Positions 49,188 to 58,144 of a stretch of DNA of 64,000 nucleotides are shown in pieces. Within the stretch, counting starts at the first letter, position 1. Each line of letters begins with the position of its first letter. A program made the translations under genes and the position numbers. This DNA comes from Acetobacteraceae bacterium (GTDB lineage: Bacteria > Pseudomonadota > Alphaproteobacteria > Acetobacterales > Acetobacteraceae): NCBI GenBank assembly GCA_027487385.1, contig JAIYDS010000015.1, positions 282 to 64,281 on the forward strand, in the 5' to 3' direction. The notes beneath the pieces are model-generated. The model was not told the origin of the DNA, did not search any database, and saw only the letters and a program-made list of their open reading frames with translations.

Positions 49188-49877
49188 ATGACGCCTGAGA
49201 CCAGCCCCGGCCATGCGATCGTCACCGGCAGCAGTTCGGGCATCGGCGCGGCCATCGCCGCGCGGCTGCTGCGGGAGGGCTGGCGCGTCACAGGCCTCAG
49301 CCGCAGCGATCCGGGCCTGGACGACGCCCGTTACGCGCATCGGAGCGTGGACCTGCTCGATGCTTCGGCGCTGCCCGCCGCGGTCGCGGATCTCCATCCC
49401 ACCGCCTTCGTGCACGCGGCCGGGCTGATGCGCGGCGGCCTGGTCGGCGCGCTGGACGCCGAGGCGGGGCGCACCCTCTGGCGCCTGCATGTGGATGCGG
49501 CATCGGTCCTGGTGGATCTGCTGGTGCCGCGCCTGCCGAAGGGCGGGCGCATCGTCCTGATCGGCAGCCGGGCCGCCGCCGGTGGCGCGGGACGCAGCCA
49601 ATATGCCGCGACCAAGGCGGCGCTGGTCGCCATGGCGCGCTCCTGGGCGATCGAGCTCGCACCGCGGGGGATCACCGCCAATGTCGTGGCGCCGGCCGCG
49701 ACCGACACCCCCATGCTGCGCGACCCGGCACGCAGCGCGGTGGCGACGAAGCTGCCGCCGATCGGCCGCTACATCCGGCCGGAAGAGGTCGCCGCACTTA
49801 CCGCCTTCCTGCTGGGGCCGGAGGCCGGCGCCATCACCGGCCAGCAGATGGTGATCTGCGGCGGCAGTTCGCTGTAG
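49188..49877 (+). CDS. SDR family oxidoreductase
   Basis: TGSSSGIG, YAATK; AGGAG RBS upstream. Confidence 0.92.
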   Translation: MTPETSPGHAIVTGSSSGIGAAIAARLLREGWRVTGLSRSDPGLDDARYAHRSVDLLDASALPAAVADLHPTAFVHAAGLMRGGLVGALDAEAGRTLWRLHVDAASVLVDLLVPRLPKGGRIVLIGSRAAAGGAGRSQYAATKAALVAMARSWAIELAPRGITANVVAPAATDTPMLRDPARSAVATKLPPIGRYIRPEEVAALTAFLLGPEAGAITGQQMVICGGSSL

Positions 49878-50041
49878 CGGCGGCGCGCGGGCGGAACGCC
49901 ATGGCTGCGCCCGGCCTGGCCTGCCCGACCTCCCAGCCTGCTGCGCTTCCTGGCGCAACGGCCCTGTGCGGCGAAGGCTTGCAAGCGGGGCCGCTTTCCC
50001 CGCTAGTTGCATCGAGGCTCACCGTGTTCTCGCCGAGGCCC

Positions 50042-50752
50042 ATGCCGAATCCATCCCCACCCGCGCGCTTGTCCGATCTCCGCCGCTTCACCCCGGCCCG
50101 CCTTGGCCTGGGACGCGCCGGGAACGCCGTGCCGACCGCGGCCCATCTCGATTTCCAGGAGGCCCATGCCGCGGCGCGCGATGCCGTCTGGTCGGCGCTG
50201 GACGCCGAAGCGCTGCGCGCCGAACTTGGCCCCGTGCCCTTGCTGCACAGCGAGGCCGCAGATCGGAAAACCTATCTCCTGCGCCCCGATCTCGGCCGCC
50301 GCCTGCGCGCGGCCGACCGCGAATCCCTGCCCCGCACCGGCGGCACGGTGATCGTCATCGCGGACGGGCTTTGCGCCTCGGGCGTGCAGTCGCAATCCGC
50401 AGCGATGGTGCGGGCGCTCGCCGCCGATTGGCCGGTCGTCATTGTCCAACAGGCCCGCGTCGCCATCGGCGACGACATTGGCGAGGCGATGAGCGCCGAG
50501 GCCGTGGTGGTGCTGATCGGCGAGCGGCCAGGCCTGTCCGCGCAGGACAGCATGGGCATCTACCTCACCTGGCAGCCAAGGCGTGGCCGCACCGATGCCG
50601 AGCGCAACTGCATCAGCAATATCCGCCCCGGCGGCATCAGCCCCGCGGGTGCGGCGGCGAAGGTGCATTGGCTGCTGCGCGGCGCCCGCGCGCTGGGCGC
50701 CACGGGCGTGGCACTGAAGGACGACATGACGAGCGCGCCGCTTCTGGAGTAG
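50042..50752 (+). CDS. eutC: ethanolamine ammonia-lyase small subunit
   Basis: TPARLGLGRAG, HAAARDAV, YLLRPDLGRRL, IADGL, LIGERPGLS, DAERNCISNI. Confidence 0.93.
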   Translation: MPNPSPPARLSDLRRFTPARLGLGRAGNAVPTAAHLDFQEAHAAARDAVWSALDAEALRAELGPVPLLHSEAADRKTYLLRPDLGRRLRAADRESLPRTGGTVIVIADGLCASGVQSQSAAMVRALAADWPVVIVQQARVAIGDDIGEAMSAEAVVVLIGERPGLSAQDSMGIYLTWQPRRGRTDAERNCISNIRPGGISPAGAAAKVHWLLRGARALGATGVALKDDMTSAPLLE

Positions 50753-50784
50753 CCTCTCCCGCAACGACCAAACGGGAGGCAAGA

Positions 50785-51720
50785 ATGCGCTGGATCACCT
50801 TCATGCTCGCCGCGATGCTGGCCTTGCCGGCCACGGCGCAAGATTTCCCGAGCCGCGCCATCCAGCTCATCATCCCCTTCCCGCCTGGCGGCAATACGGA
50901 CCTGATGGCCCGCGCGCTCCAGGCCGAATTGTCCAAGGCGCTGGGCCAGCAGGTGGTGGCGGTGAATCGCGGTGGCGCCGCGGGCTCCATCGGCAATGCC
51001 GAGGTCGCGCGCGCGCGACCCGATGGCTACACCATCGGCATCTCGCCCAACAACGCCATCACCACGCAGCCCTTCCTGCAGAACGTGACCTATACGGCCG
51101 AAGGGTTTCGCTATCTCTGCCTGGTCTATGACAACCCGCAGGTGCTCATCCTGGGCCGCAACGCCCCCTTCCGCGACTTCGCCGGCATGATCGCCCATGC
51201 GCGCTCGGGCCGCGAGGCGTTGGTCTTCGGCTCACCCGGCGTGGGCAGCACGCAGCATATCCTGATGGCGCAATTGCTGCGCGCGGCCCGGGTGGATGGG
51301 CTGAACGTGCCCTTCACCGGCGCGGGCCCCATGTCCCAGGCCGCACTTGCCGGGCAGATCATGGCCTTTGTCGAGGCCGCCTCCATCCCCGCCTCCACCG
51401 GCCTCGGCGTGCTGGCGGTTCTGGGCACGCAGCGCATGGCGGCACTGCCGGAGGTGCCGAGCACGGGTGAGCTCGGCTACCCCATGGCCGGCACCACCTA
51501 TGGCGGGCTGATCGCGCCCGCGGGCCTGCCGGATGCCATCGCCGAAACCATCGAGCGCGCCTGCCGCACCGCCGTGACGAGCGAGGGCTTCCGCACCATC
51601 GCCGAGCGCCTCAACGCCGTGCCGAGCTTCCAGACCGGCGCCGAATTCCGCGCGCGCTTCCTGGCCGAGGCGCAGGTGAACCGGGCGCTGCTGGCCGATC
51701 TCGGCATTCAGCGCCAATAA
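50785..51720 (+). CDS. Bug/TctC substrate-binding protein
   Basis: FPSRAIQLIIPFPPGGNTD, PDGYT, VPFTG. Confidence 0.9.
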   Translation: MRWITFMLAAMLALPATAQDFPSRAIQLIIPFPPGGNTDLMARALQAELSKALGQQVVAVNRGGAAGSIGNAEVARARPDGYTIGISPNNAITTQPFLQNVTYTAEGFRYLCLVYDNPQVLILGRNAPFRDFAGMIAHARSGREALVFGSPGVGSTQHILMAQLLRAARVDGLNVPFTGAGPMSQAALAGQIMAFVEAASIPASTGLGVLAVLGTQRMAALPEVPSTGELGYPMAGTTYGGLIAPAGLPDAIAETIERACRTAVTSEGFRTIAERLNAVPSFQTGAEFRARFLAEAQVNRALLADLGIQRQ

Positions 51721-52124
51721 TGGCCAACCCGCTGGATCCCCTGCTGCTGGAGGAGGATTTCCTCCGCGCCTCGGGCCCCGGCGGGCAGAATGTCAACAAG
51801 TTGGAAACGGCCGTGCAGCTGCGCTGGCGCGCGGCCGAGGCGGGGCTGGATGAGCGCGTCTTCGCGCGCCTCAAGACGCTGGCCGGGCGGCGGATGACGA
51901 AGGATGGCGTTGTCATCATCGCCGCGCAAAGCCACCGCACGCGGGAGCGCAACCGCGAGGATGCGCTGGCCCGCATGCAGGAATTGCTGGACGAGGCGTC
52001 CAAGCCCCCTCCCCCCAAACGCCGCAAGACCAAGCCCACCAAGGGCTCGCAAACTCGCCGCATGGACAGCAAGACCAAGCGGGGGACGACGAAGAGACTG
52101 CGGTCGGGGCCGATCAGTGACTAA
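51720..52124 (+). CDS. arfB: alternative ribosome rescue peptidyl-tRNA hydrolase ArfB
   Basis: RASGPGGQNVNK (GGQ), basic C-terminal tail RRKTKPTKGSQTRR. Confidence 0.94.
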   Translation: MANPLDPLLLEEDFLRASGPGGQNVNKLETAVQLRWRAAEAGLDERVFARLKTLAGRRMTKDGVVIIAAQSHRTRERNREDALARMQELLDEASKPPPPKRRKTKPTKGSQTRRMDSKTKRGTTKRLRSGPISD

Positions 52125-52130
52125 GAGAAT

Positions 52131-52166
52131 GCCTCCGGCGGCTGGGGCCGAAAGGCCCCAGACCCC
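52131..52166. repeat. REP-like palindrome / bidirectional terminator
   Basis: GCCTCCGGCGG-CTGGGGCC-GAAA-GGCCCCAG-ACCCC, a perfect 8-bp stem with a GNRA loop between convergent genes. Confidence 0.55.
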
Positions 52167-52204
52167 AGAACCGCGCAGTCTTGCAAGCTCAGCGCCGAAG
52201 CCCC

Positions 52205-52939
52205 TTACGTCTCCGCGCCGCCATTCACCGCCAGCATCTGCCCATTGATGAAGGCGCCCTCCTCCGAGGCCAGCAGCCGCACCACCGCCGCCACCTCGGC
52301 CGGCTGGCCCATGCGCCCCACCGGCACGCGCTTGATCATCGCCTGGCGATAGGCCGAGGGCGCCTCATCCTCGTCATCCGCGGCGATCGGCCCGGGCGAG
52401 ACGGCATTCACCGTGACGCCACGCGGCCCGAACTCCTTGCCGAGCGATTTGGTGAGCCCCCAGACGCCATGCTTGGCGATGGAAACCGGCGCGCGCCCGG
52501 CATAGCCATGGATGGCGTTCATCCCCGCGAAATTCACGATGCGGCCCCAGCCCTTCTCCAGCATCCCCGGCAGGCAGGCCTGGGAGAGCCAGATGGCGGC
52601 CTCCAGATCCACCGCCATGATGCGGCGATAATCTTCCTCGGTCAGCTCCAGGAAGCCGTTCAACGGGCGCAGCGCGGCATTGTTCACCAGCACATCCACC
52701 GTGCCGAACTCGGCCAGCGCCTCGGCCGCGATGCGCTGGCATTCCGTGCGCAAACCGACATCGCCCATGGCGACCAGCGCGCGCACACCGAAGGCCCGCG
52801 CTTCAGCCGCCACGCTCTCGGCCGCCGCGCGGTCAGAGGAGCCGTTGATGACGACATTCATGCCGGCCTGCGCCAGGCTGAGGGCGACGGCGCGGCCAAT
52901 ATTGCGGCCAGCGCCGGTGATGAGGGCGGTTCGGGTCAT
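52205..52939 (-). CDS. SDR family oxidoreductase (atypical active site)
   Basis: TGAGRNIG, LVNNAA, VNAVSPG; the YxxxK position reads VSIAK. Confidence 0.88.
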   Translation of the reverse strand: MTRTALITGAGRNIGRAVALSLAQAGMNVVINGSSDRAAAESVAAEARAFGVRALVAMGDVGLRTECQRIAAEALAEFGTVDVLVNNAALRPLNGFLELTEEDYRRIMAVDLEAAIWLSQACLPGMLEKGWGRIVNFAGMNAIHGYAGRAPVSIAKHGVWGLTKSLGKEFGPRGVTVNAVSPGPIAADDEDEAPSAYRQAMIKRVPVGRMGQPAEVAAVVRLLASEEGAFINGQMLAVNGGAET

Positions 52940-55377
52940 GCAGCATTTCCTCCGCCGGGCATTTCCGGCCAGTCGTGTTTCGGATAGCGGCCGCGCATAT
53001 CCTTGCGCGCATCCGCCCAGCCATTCCGCCAAAAGGAGGCGAGATCGGCCGTGATGGCAATCGGCCGCCCCGCGGGCGAGAGCAGCGCCACCTGCAAGGG
53101 GATGCGCCCGCCGGCCAAAGGCGGCATGGCGCCCATGCCGTAGAGGTGCTGCGCGCGCGCCTCCAGCGTGGGGATTTCGGCGCTGTAGTCCACCGCGGCG
53201 CTGCGGCCCTGCGGCAATTCGATGCGCGGCGGCAAGGCGGCGTCCAGCTTGCGTCGGAGATCACCCGGCAGAAGCATGGGCGCCAGGTCCAGCGACTTCA
53301 ATTCGGTGAGCTTGGTCAGCCCGTTGCAATAGGGCGCCAGCCATTCCTTCGCACCGGCGGCCAGCGCGGCGTCGCTCACATCCGGCCAGGGCGCGCCTTC
53401 CAGCGCATGCATGCGCGCGATGCGGGCGCGCAACTGCCTGGCGGATTCGCTCCAATCGAGGTCCCGAAAGCCGCGCTCGGCGGCGGCCTCGGCCAGGGCT
53501 TCGGCCATGGCGGCGGGGTCGGCCCGCGGCAGGGGGGATTCTTCGAGGACCAGCGGGCCGAACATCACGCGGCGGCGGGCCAGCACGGCGCCGGCACGGG
53601 CGTCGAAGGCGGCCCCTTCGACCGTGGCGAAGCGCTCGGGGAAGCGCGCTTCCAGCACGGCGCGGCTGATCGGCGCGGCCATGCGGATGCGCGCCTCCGT
53701 GCCTTTCAATTCGAGATCGGCGACGGCCAGCAGGGTCTGCTTGGCCAGCGGATCGGCGCTGGAAATCCGCGCACCCGGCCCGGAAGCCAGGCGAAAGGCG
53801 CCATCCATGCTGCCACGCTTCAGCGCGATGCGGTCCGGGAAACCCGCCGCCAGCAACGCGCCGGCATCGCCCTCGGGCAAGGTATTGCCATGCACGCCCA
53901 GCCGCCGCCGATGCATGGCGGCGGAGCGGCGGATGGCGCGGATCGCCATGCCATCGCTTTCGGAATGCGCGTGGCCATGCAGCACATCCAGGCGCAAGGT
54001 GATGTCGGCCGGAGGCTCCCGGCCGCGCAGCGGGTCACGCTCCTCCAGCAGGGCGGCGAGGTCCGCCGCCAGCGCCGCTTCGCCCTCATTTTCCACGGCG
54101 CACATCATGCGGGCGAGGCGCGGATGCGTGCCCATGCGCGCCATGCGCTGCCCCATCACGGTGATACGGCCCTGCGCATCCATCGCATCCAGGTTGCGCA
54201 GCAGGGCGCGGGCGGCCGCCAATTGCCCGCTGGGCGGCGGGTCCAGGAAGGGCAGCGTCTGCGGGTCCGCGCCCCAGCCTGCGCAATCCAATACGAGGCC
54301 GGAGAGCTCCGCCTCCAGCATCACCGGCCGGTCCTGCAGGGCCATGCCGCGCTGCACCGCCTCGCTCCAGAGCCGCACGGCGACACCGGGCTCGGTGCGG
54401 CCAGCGCGGCCGGCGCGCTGCTCGGCGGCGGCACGGCTGATGCGCAGCGTGACGAGCCGCGTGAGGCCGGTGGCGCCATCGAGGCGCGGCGCGCGGCGAT
54501 AGCCGCCATCCACCACGATGCGCACGCCGGGCACGGTCAGCGAGGTTTCGGCGATGCTCGTCGCCAGCACCACGCGGCGGCGCGGCCCCTGGTTCAGTGC
54601 GCGGTCCTGCTCGGCGGGCGAAAGCTCGCCATGCAGGGGCAGCACATCGGCATCGAGGCCCGCGAGGCGCTCGGCCGTGCGGCGGATTTCCCCCCAGCCT
54701 GGCAGGAAGGCCAGCACATCGCCCGGCTCGCGCGCCATGATGCCGCGAATGGCGGTGGCCATGCCCTCCGGCAGGTCGCGGTGGTCGGTGATGTCGCGCT
54801 TCACATGCTCGATGCGCACGGGATGCGCGCGTCCGGCGCTTTCGATCAGCGGCGCGTTCATCAGCCTGGTGAAGGCGCCGCCATCCAGCGTGGCGGACAT
54901 GGCCAGCAGGCGCAGCTCCGGCCGCAGCCCGGCCTGGAGATCCAGGCAGAGCGCGAGGCCGAGATCGGTGTCCAGATGCCGCTCATGCGCCTCGTCGAAG
55001 AGCACCGCCGCGACGCCTTCGAGGCCCGGGTCGGATTGCAGGCGACGGACCAGCAGCCCCTCGGTGATCACCTCGATGCGGGTCGCGGCCGAGACGGCGC
55101 GATCCAGCCGCGTGGAGAGCCCCACCACGCCGCCCGGCTGCTCGCCGAGCAAGGACGCCATGCGCCGCGCGGCAGCGCGGGCGGCGACGCGGCGGGGCTC
55201 CAGCACCAGGATCTTCTGGCCCTGCGCCCAGGGCTCGTCGCGCAGCGCCAGGGGCACCAGCGTGGTCTTGCCGGCACCCGGCGGCGCCACCAGGACGGCA
55301 TTGCTGCCGGCGGTCAGCGCCGCGCGCAAGGCGGGAAGGGCTTCCGCAACGGGAAGCGTCATGGCGGCGGCATTCAT
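52936..55377 (-). CDS. hrpB: ATP-dependent RNA helicase HrpB
   Basis: APPGAGKTT, DEAH, MSAT, ATSIAETSLT, QRAGRAGR, C-terminal LLSPAGRP...GRYPKHDWP. Start could be 55362. Confidence 0.95.
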   Translation of the reverse strand: MNAAAMTLPVAEALPALRAALTAGSNAVLVAPPGAGKTTLVPLALRDEPWAQGQKILVLEPRRVAARAAARRMASLLGEQPGGVVGLSTRLDRAVSAATRIEVITEGLLVRRLQSDPGLEGVAAVLFDEAHERHLDTDLGLALCLDLQAGLRPELRLLAMSATLDGGAFTRLMNAPLIESAGRAHPVRIEHVKRDITDHRDLPEGMATAIRGIMAREPGDVLAFLPGWGEIRRTAERLAGLDADVLPLHGELSPAEQDRALNQGPRRRVVLATSIAETSLTVPGVRIVVDGGYRRAPRLDGATGLTRLVTLRISRAAAEQRAGRAGRTEPGVAVRLWSEAVQRGMALQDRPVMLEAELSGLVLDCAGWGADPQTLPFLDPPPSGQLAAARALLRNLDAMDAQGRITVMGQRMARMGTHPRLARMMCAVENEGEAALAADLAALLEERDPLRGREPPADITLRLDVLHGHAHSESDGMAIRAIRRSAAMHRRRLGVHGNTLPEGDAGALLAAGFPDRIALKRGSMDGAFRLASGPGARISSADPLAKQTLLAVADLELKGTEARIRMAAPISRAVLEARFPERFATVEGAAFDARAGAVLARRRVMFGPLVLEESPLPRADPAAMAEALAEAAAERGFRDLDWSESARQLRARIARMHALEGAPWPDVSDAALAAGAKEWLAPYCNGLTKLTELKSLDLAPMLLPGDLRRKLDAALPPRIELPQGRSAAVDYSAEIPTLEARAQHLYGMGAMPPLAGGRIPLQVALLSPAGRPIAITADLASFWRNGWADARKDMRGRYPKHDWPEMPGGGNAA

Positions 55378-55390
55378 GCCCAACAGAAGA

Positions 55391-55512
55391 GGCCGCCCGA
55401 AGGCAGAGCAGCCGTGCGAGAATGCGAAGGCGAACAGCCAAGCCGAAAAGCTTCAGCTTTTCGAAGCCAAGGCGGCGGAGCCGCCGCCCGGCGTCTGAGG
55501 GCGCAAAAAAAC
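55391..55512. repeat. multi-hairpin intergenic element (REP-like/terminator)
   Basis: Stems CGAAAAGC-TTCA-GCTTTTCG (55444-55463) and GGCGGCGG-AG-CCGCCGCC (55471-55488), a small GCC-CGAA-GGC hairpin and an A7 run. Confidence 0.45.
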
Positions 55513-55513
55513 C

Positions 55514-56518
55514 TCACGCCCAGCCTTCCGCCACGGCCTTGCCGATCATCGTCCCGCTCTCCACCAGCGCATGGCCCGTGAGAATGTTGGCAGCGGTGAT
55601 GCGGCCCAGATGGCGCGTCATGGTCTGGTGCAGCTGGCCCGTCTCCAGCATCCGCGCCACCTCGTTCAGCAGGGCGTGCTGCTCGATCATGTCCTGCGTC
55701 TGGAAGAGGCTGCGGGCGAACATCCCTTCCCAATGGAAGCTCGCCGCCTTGCTCTTGAGGCGGCCGATCTCGATGGTCGAGAGGTCGTCAATCGCGCAAA
55801 GCGCACCCTGCGGCGCGATGATGTCGCAGAGCGCGCGCCAATGCTTCGCCGTCTGCGTGGTGGAGAAGATCCAGGGGATCGCAACCCCCAGCGCCTTGGC
55901 CTGGGCCACCAGATCCCCGCTGTGGTCCAGCACGTCATGCGCGCCCATCCGCAGGCACCATTCCCGCGTCTCGGGGCGCGAGGCGGTGGTGATGACGCGC
56001 AGCCCCGTGCGCTGCCGCGCGAGTTGCACGGCCATGGAGCCCACGCCGCCCGCCCCGCCGATGATCAGCACCGCACCCGCCCCCTCGCGCGCGATCCGCA
56101 GCCGGTCGAACAGCGCCTCCCAGGCGGTGATGCTGGTCAGCGGCAGGGCGGCGGCCTCCGCGGCGGTGAGGTTGGCGGGCTTGCGGCCAACAATGCGCTC
56201 ATCCACCAGATGGAGTTCCGCATTGCTGCCGGGGCGGTTCACGGCGCCGGCGTAGAAGACCGCATCGCCCACGGCGAAGAGCTGCGCCTCGGGCCCGCAG
56301 GCGCGGACCACGCCGCACGCGTCAAAGCCCAGCACGCGCGGCTTGCCGCCCGGATCGGCCCCGGCGCGCAGCTTCGCATCCACCGGATTGACGGAGACAG
56401 CCTGCACCTCGACCAGCACATCTCGGCCCTGCGGCGCGGCGGGCGCGGGCAGGTCGAGATCCAGCAGCGCCTCGGCGTGGCTGGAGGGGTGGCAAGCTGT
56501 GTAGGCGATGGCTTTCAT
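55514..56518 (-). CDS. zinc-binding alcohol dehydrogenase/quinone oxidoreductase family protein (MDR)
   Basis: SVNPVD, LPLTSITAWEAL, GGAGGVG, HWEGMF. Confidence 0.9.
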   Translation of the reverse strand: MKAIAYTACHPSSHAEALLDLDLPAPAAPQGRDVLVEVQAVSVNPVDAKLRAGADPGGKPRVLGFDACGVVRACGPEAQLFAVGDAVFYAGAVNRPGSNAELHLVDERIVGRKPANLTAAEAAALPLTSITAWEALFDRLRIAREGAGAVLIIGGAGGVGSMAVQLARQRTGLRVITTASRPETREWCLRMGAHDVLDHSGDLVAQAKALGVAIPWIFSTTQTAKHWRALCDIIAPQGALCAIDDLSTIEIGRLKSKAASFHWEGMFARSLFQTQDMIEQHALLNEVARMLETGQLHQTMTRHLGRITAANILTGHALVESGTMIGKAVAEGWA

Positions 56519-56623
56519 GCCGGGCGCTCCCGCGGAAAATTCTTGGCGGCGTCATAGGCCATGGGCTGACAAGGCGCGAGACGGGGCTTATTTCTGACTC
56601 ACCCGTAACGGAGCCTCCATGCC

Positions 56624-57631
56624 ATGACCGATCTTTCCCTCGTGCGTCGCCATGTGATGCTGGGTGCCGCCGGCGCCGCCACGCTCGCCGCCACCGTGAG
56701 TCCCCCGCCGGCTGCCGCCGCCGTGCCGCCGCAGCAGGGTGCCAACCCGCCGCGCTTCCATCGCCTGAAGATCGGCGATGTCGAGGTGACCACGCTGCTG
56801 GACGGCGCCATGCAGGGCACCAATGAGAACATCCAGCGCTTCTTCCCCGACAGCCGCCCGGAGGAGATCGTTCCCCTGCGCGCGCGGGCCTTCGCCATCG
56901 AGGCCGGGCTGCACCAGCCGGTCGGCGCCTATCTGCTCAACACCGGCCGCAACCTGGCGCTGATCGATTGTGGCGGCCATTCCAGCTTCATCCCCACCAC
57001 GGGCGGCACCATCGCCGCCCTGCGCGCCGCCGGCTACACGCCTGAGCAGGTGGACACGGTGCTGCTGACCCATATCCACCCCGAGCACGCGCTCGGCCTC
57101 AGCTATGACGGCACCACGCGCAACTTCCCCAATGCGGAGGTGGTGGTGACGCAGATTGACCACCAGTTCTGGACCGATCCTTCGATGGAAAGCCGCGTGC
57201 CCCAGGGCCAGCGCTTCATCGAGGCCGGCCGCCGCGCCATCCGCCCATACTCTTCTGGGCCTGGGGGCGGCCGCATCCGCACGGTGGAGATGCGCGAGGG
57301 GCTGGAAGTCATCCCCGGCGTCTTCATGGTGCCCGCCCCGGGCCATACCCCCGGCCATGTCAGCTTCCGCCTGACCAGCCAGAACCAGACCATGCTGATC
57401 TGGGGCGACATCGCGCATCAGATGGTGATCCAGCTCGCCCGGCCGCGCTGGCGCGTCGGCGTGGATGTGGACAGCGCCATGGGCGTGGAAAGCCGCGTCC
57501 GCACGCTGGAGATGCTGGCCGCCGAGGGCATCCTGATGGGCGGCGTGCATGTGCCCTGGCCCGGCTTCGGCCGGGTGATCCGGGATGGCGAGGGCTTCCT
57601 CTACGTGCCGCGCCCCGCGCAATTCACCTGA
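56624..57631 (+). CDS. MBL-fold metallo-hydrolase, Tat-exported (methyl-parathion-hydrolase/lactonase-like)
   Basis: RR signal (VRRHVMLG), THIHPEH, PGHTPGH, WGDIAH, GVHVPWPG. Confidence 0.88.
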   Translation: MTDLSLVRRHVMLGAAGAATLAATVSPPPAAAAVPPQQGANPPRFHRLKIGDVEVTTLLDGAMQGTNENIQRFFPDSRPEEIVPLRARAFAIEAGLHQPVGAYLLNTGRNLALIDCGGHSSFIPTTGGTIAALRAAGYTPEQVDTVLLTHIHPEHALGLSYDGTTRNFPNAEVVVTQIDHQFWTDPSMESRVPQGQRFIEAGRRAIRPYSSGPGGGRIRTVEMREGLEVIPGVFMVPAPGHTPGHVSFRLTSQNQTMLIWGDIAHQMVIQLARPRWRVGVDVDSAMGVESRVRTLEMLAAEGILMGGVHVPWPGFGRVIRDGEGFLYVPRPAQFT

Positions 57632-57706
57632 CGCCGGATCATTTCGGTCCTGGCTCTCGCGGCGGTTTGCGCGGATAGTGCCGTGCAACCCGCTGCGGAG
57701 CCCCCC

Positions 57707-58144
57707 ATGAAGCCTGCAACCCTCGCCTTCGGCTTTCTCTGCGCCTTCCTGGGCGTGCTGTTCTTCCATCAGGCGACCATCGGATTCTACCACGGCATGG
57801 GCTGGGTTCCGAACCCGCCCTTCCGCCAGGCGCCGATCCCGCCGCTCGGCGTGCCGCAACTCTGGAATGCCTGCTTCTGGGGCGGGATGTGGGGCATCCT
57901 CTTCGCCATCCTGGAGCCCAAGCGTCCAGCCTCCATGCCGCTCTGGCTTTTCGCCGTGCTCTTCTGCCTGGCCCTGCCGCTGGTGGTCGGCGCCTGGATG
58001 ATCGTGCCGCTGATCAAGGGCAATCCGCTCTTCGCCAATGGCAACACCACGGCCATGATCCGCAGCGTCGGCATCTATGCGGTCTGGGGGCTGGGCCTCG
58101 CGCTGTTCTGGCGCGGCCTGCCGGCGCTGTTCCGGAAAGGCTGA
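57707..58144 (+). CDS. hypothetical integral membrane protein (4 TM)
   Basis: Four hydrophobic segments, FWGGMWG, GC3-rich codon usage. Confidence 0.75.
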   Translation: MKPATLAFGFLCAFLGVLFFHQATIGFYHGMGWVPNPPFRQAPIPPLGVPQLWNACFWGGMWGILFAILEPKRPASMPLWLFAVLFCLALPLVVGAWMIVPLIKGNPLFANGNTTAMIRSVGIYAVWGLGLALFWRGLPALFRKG

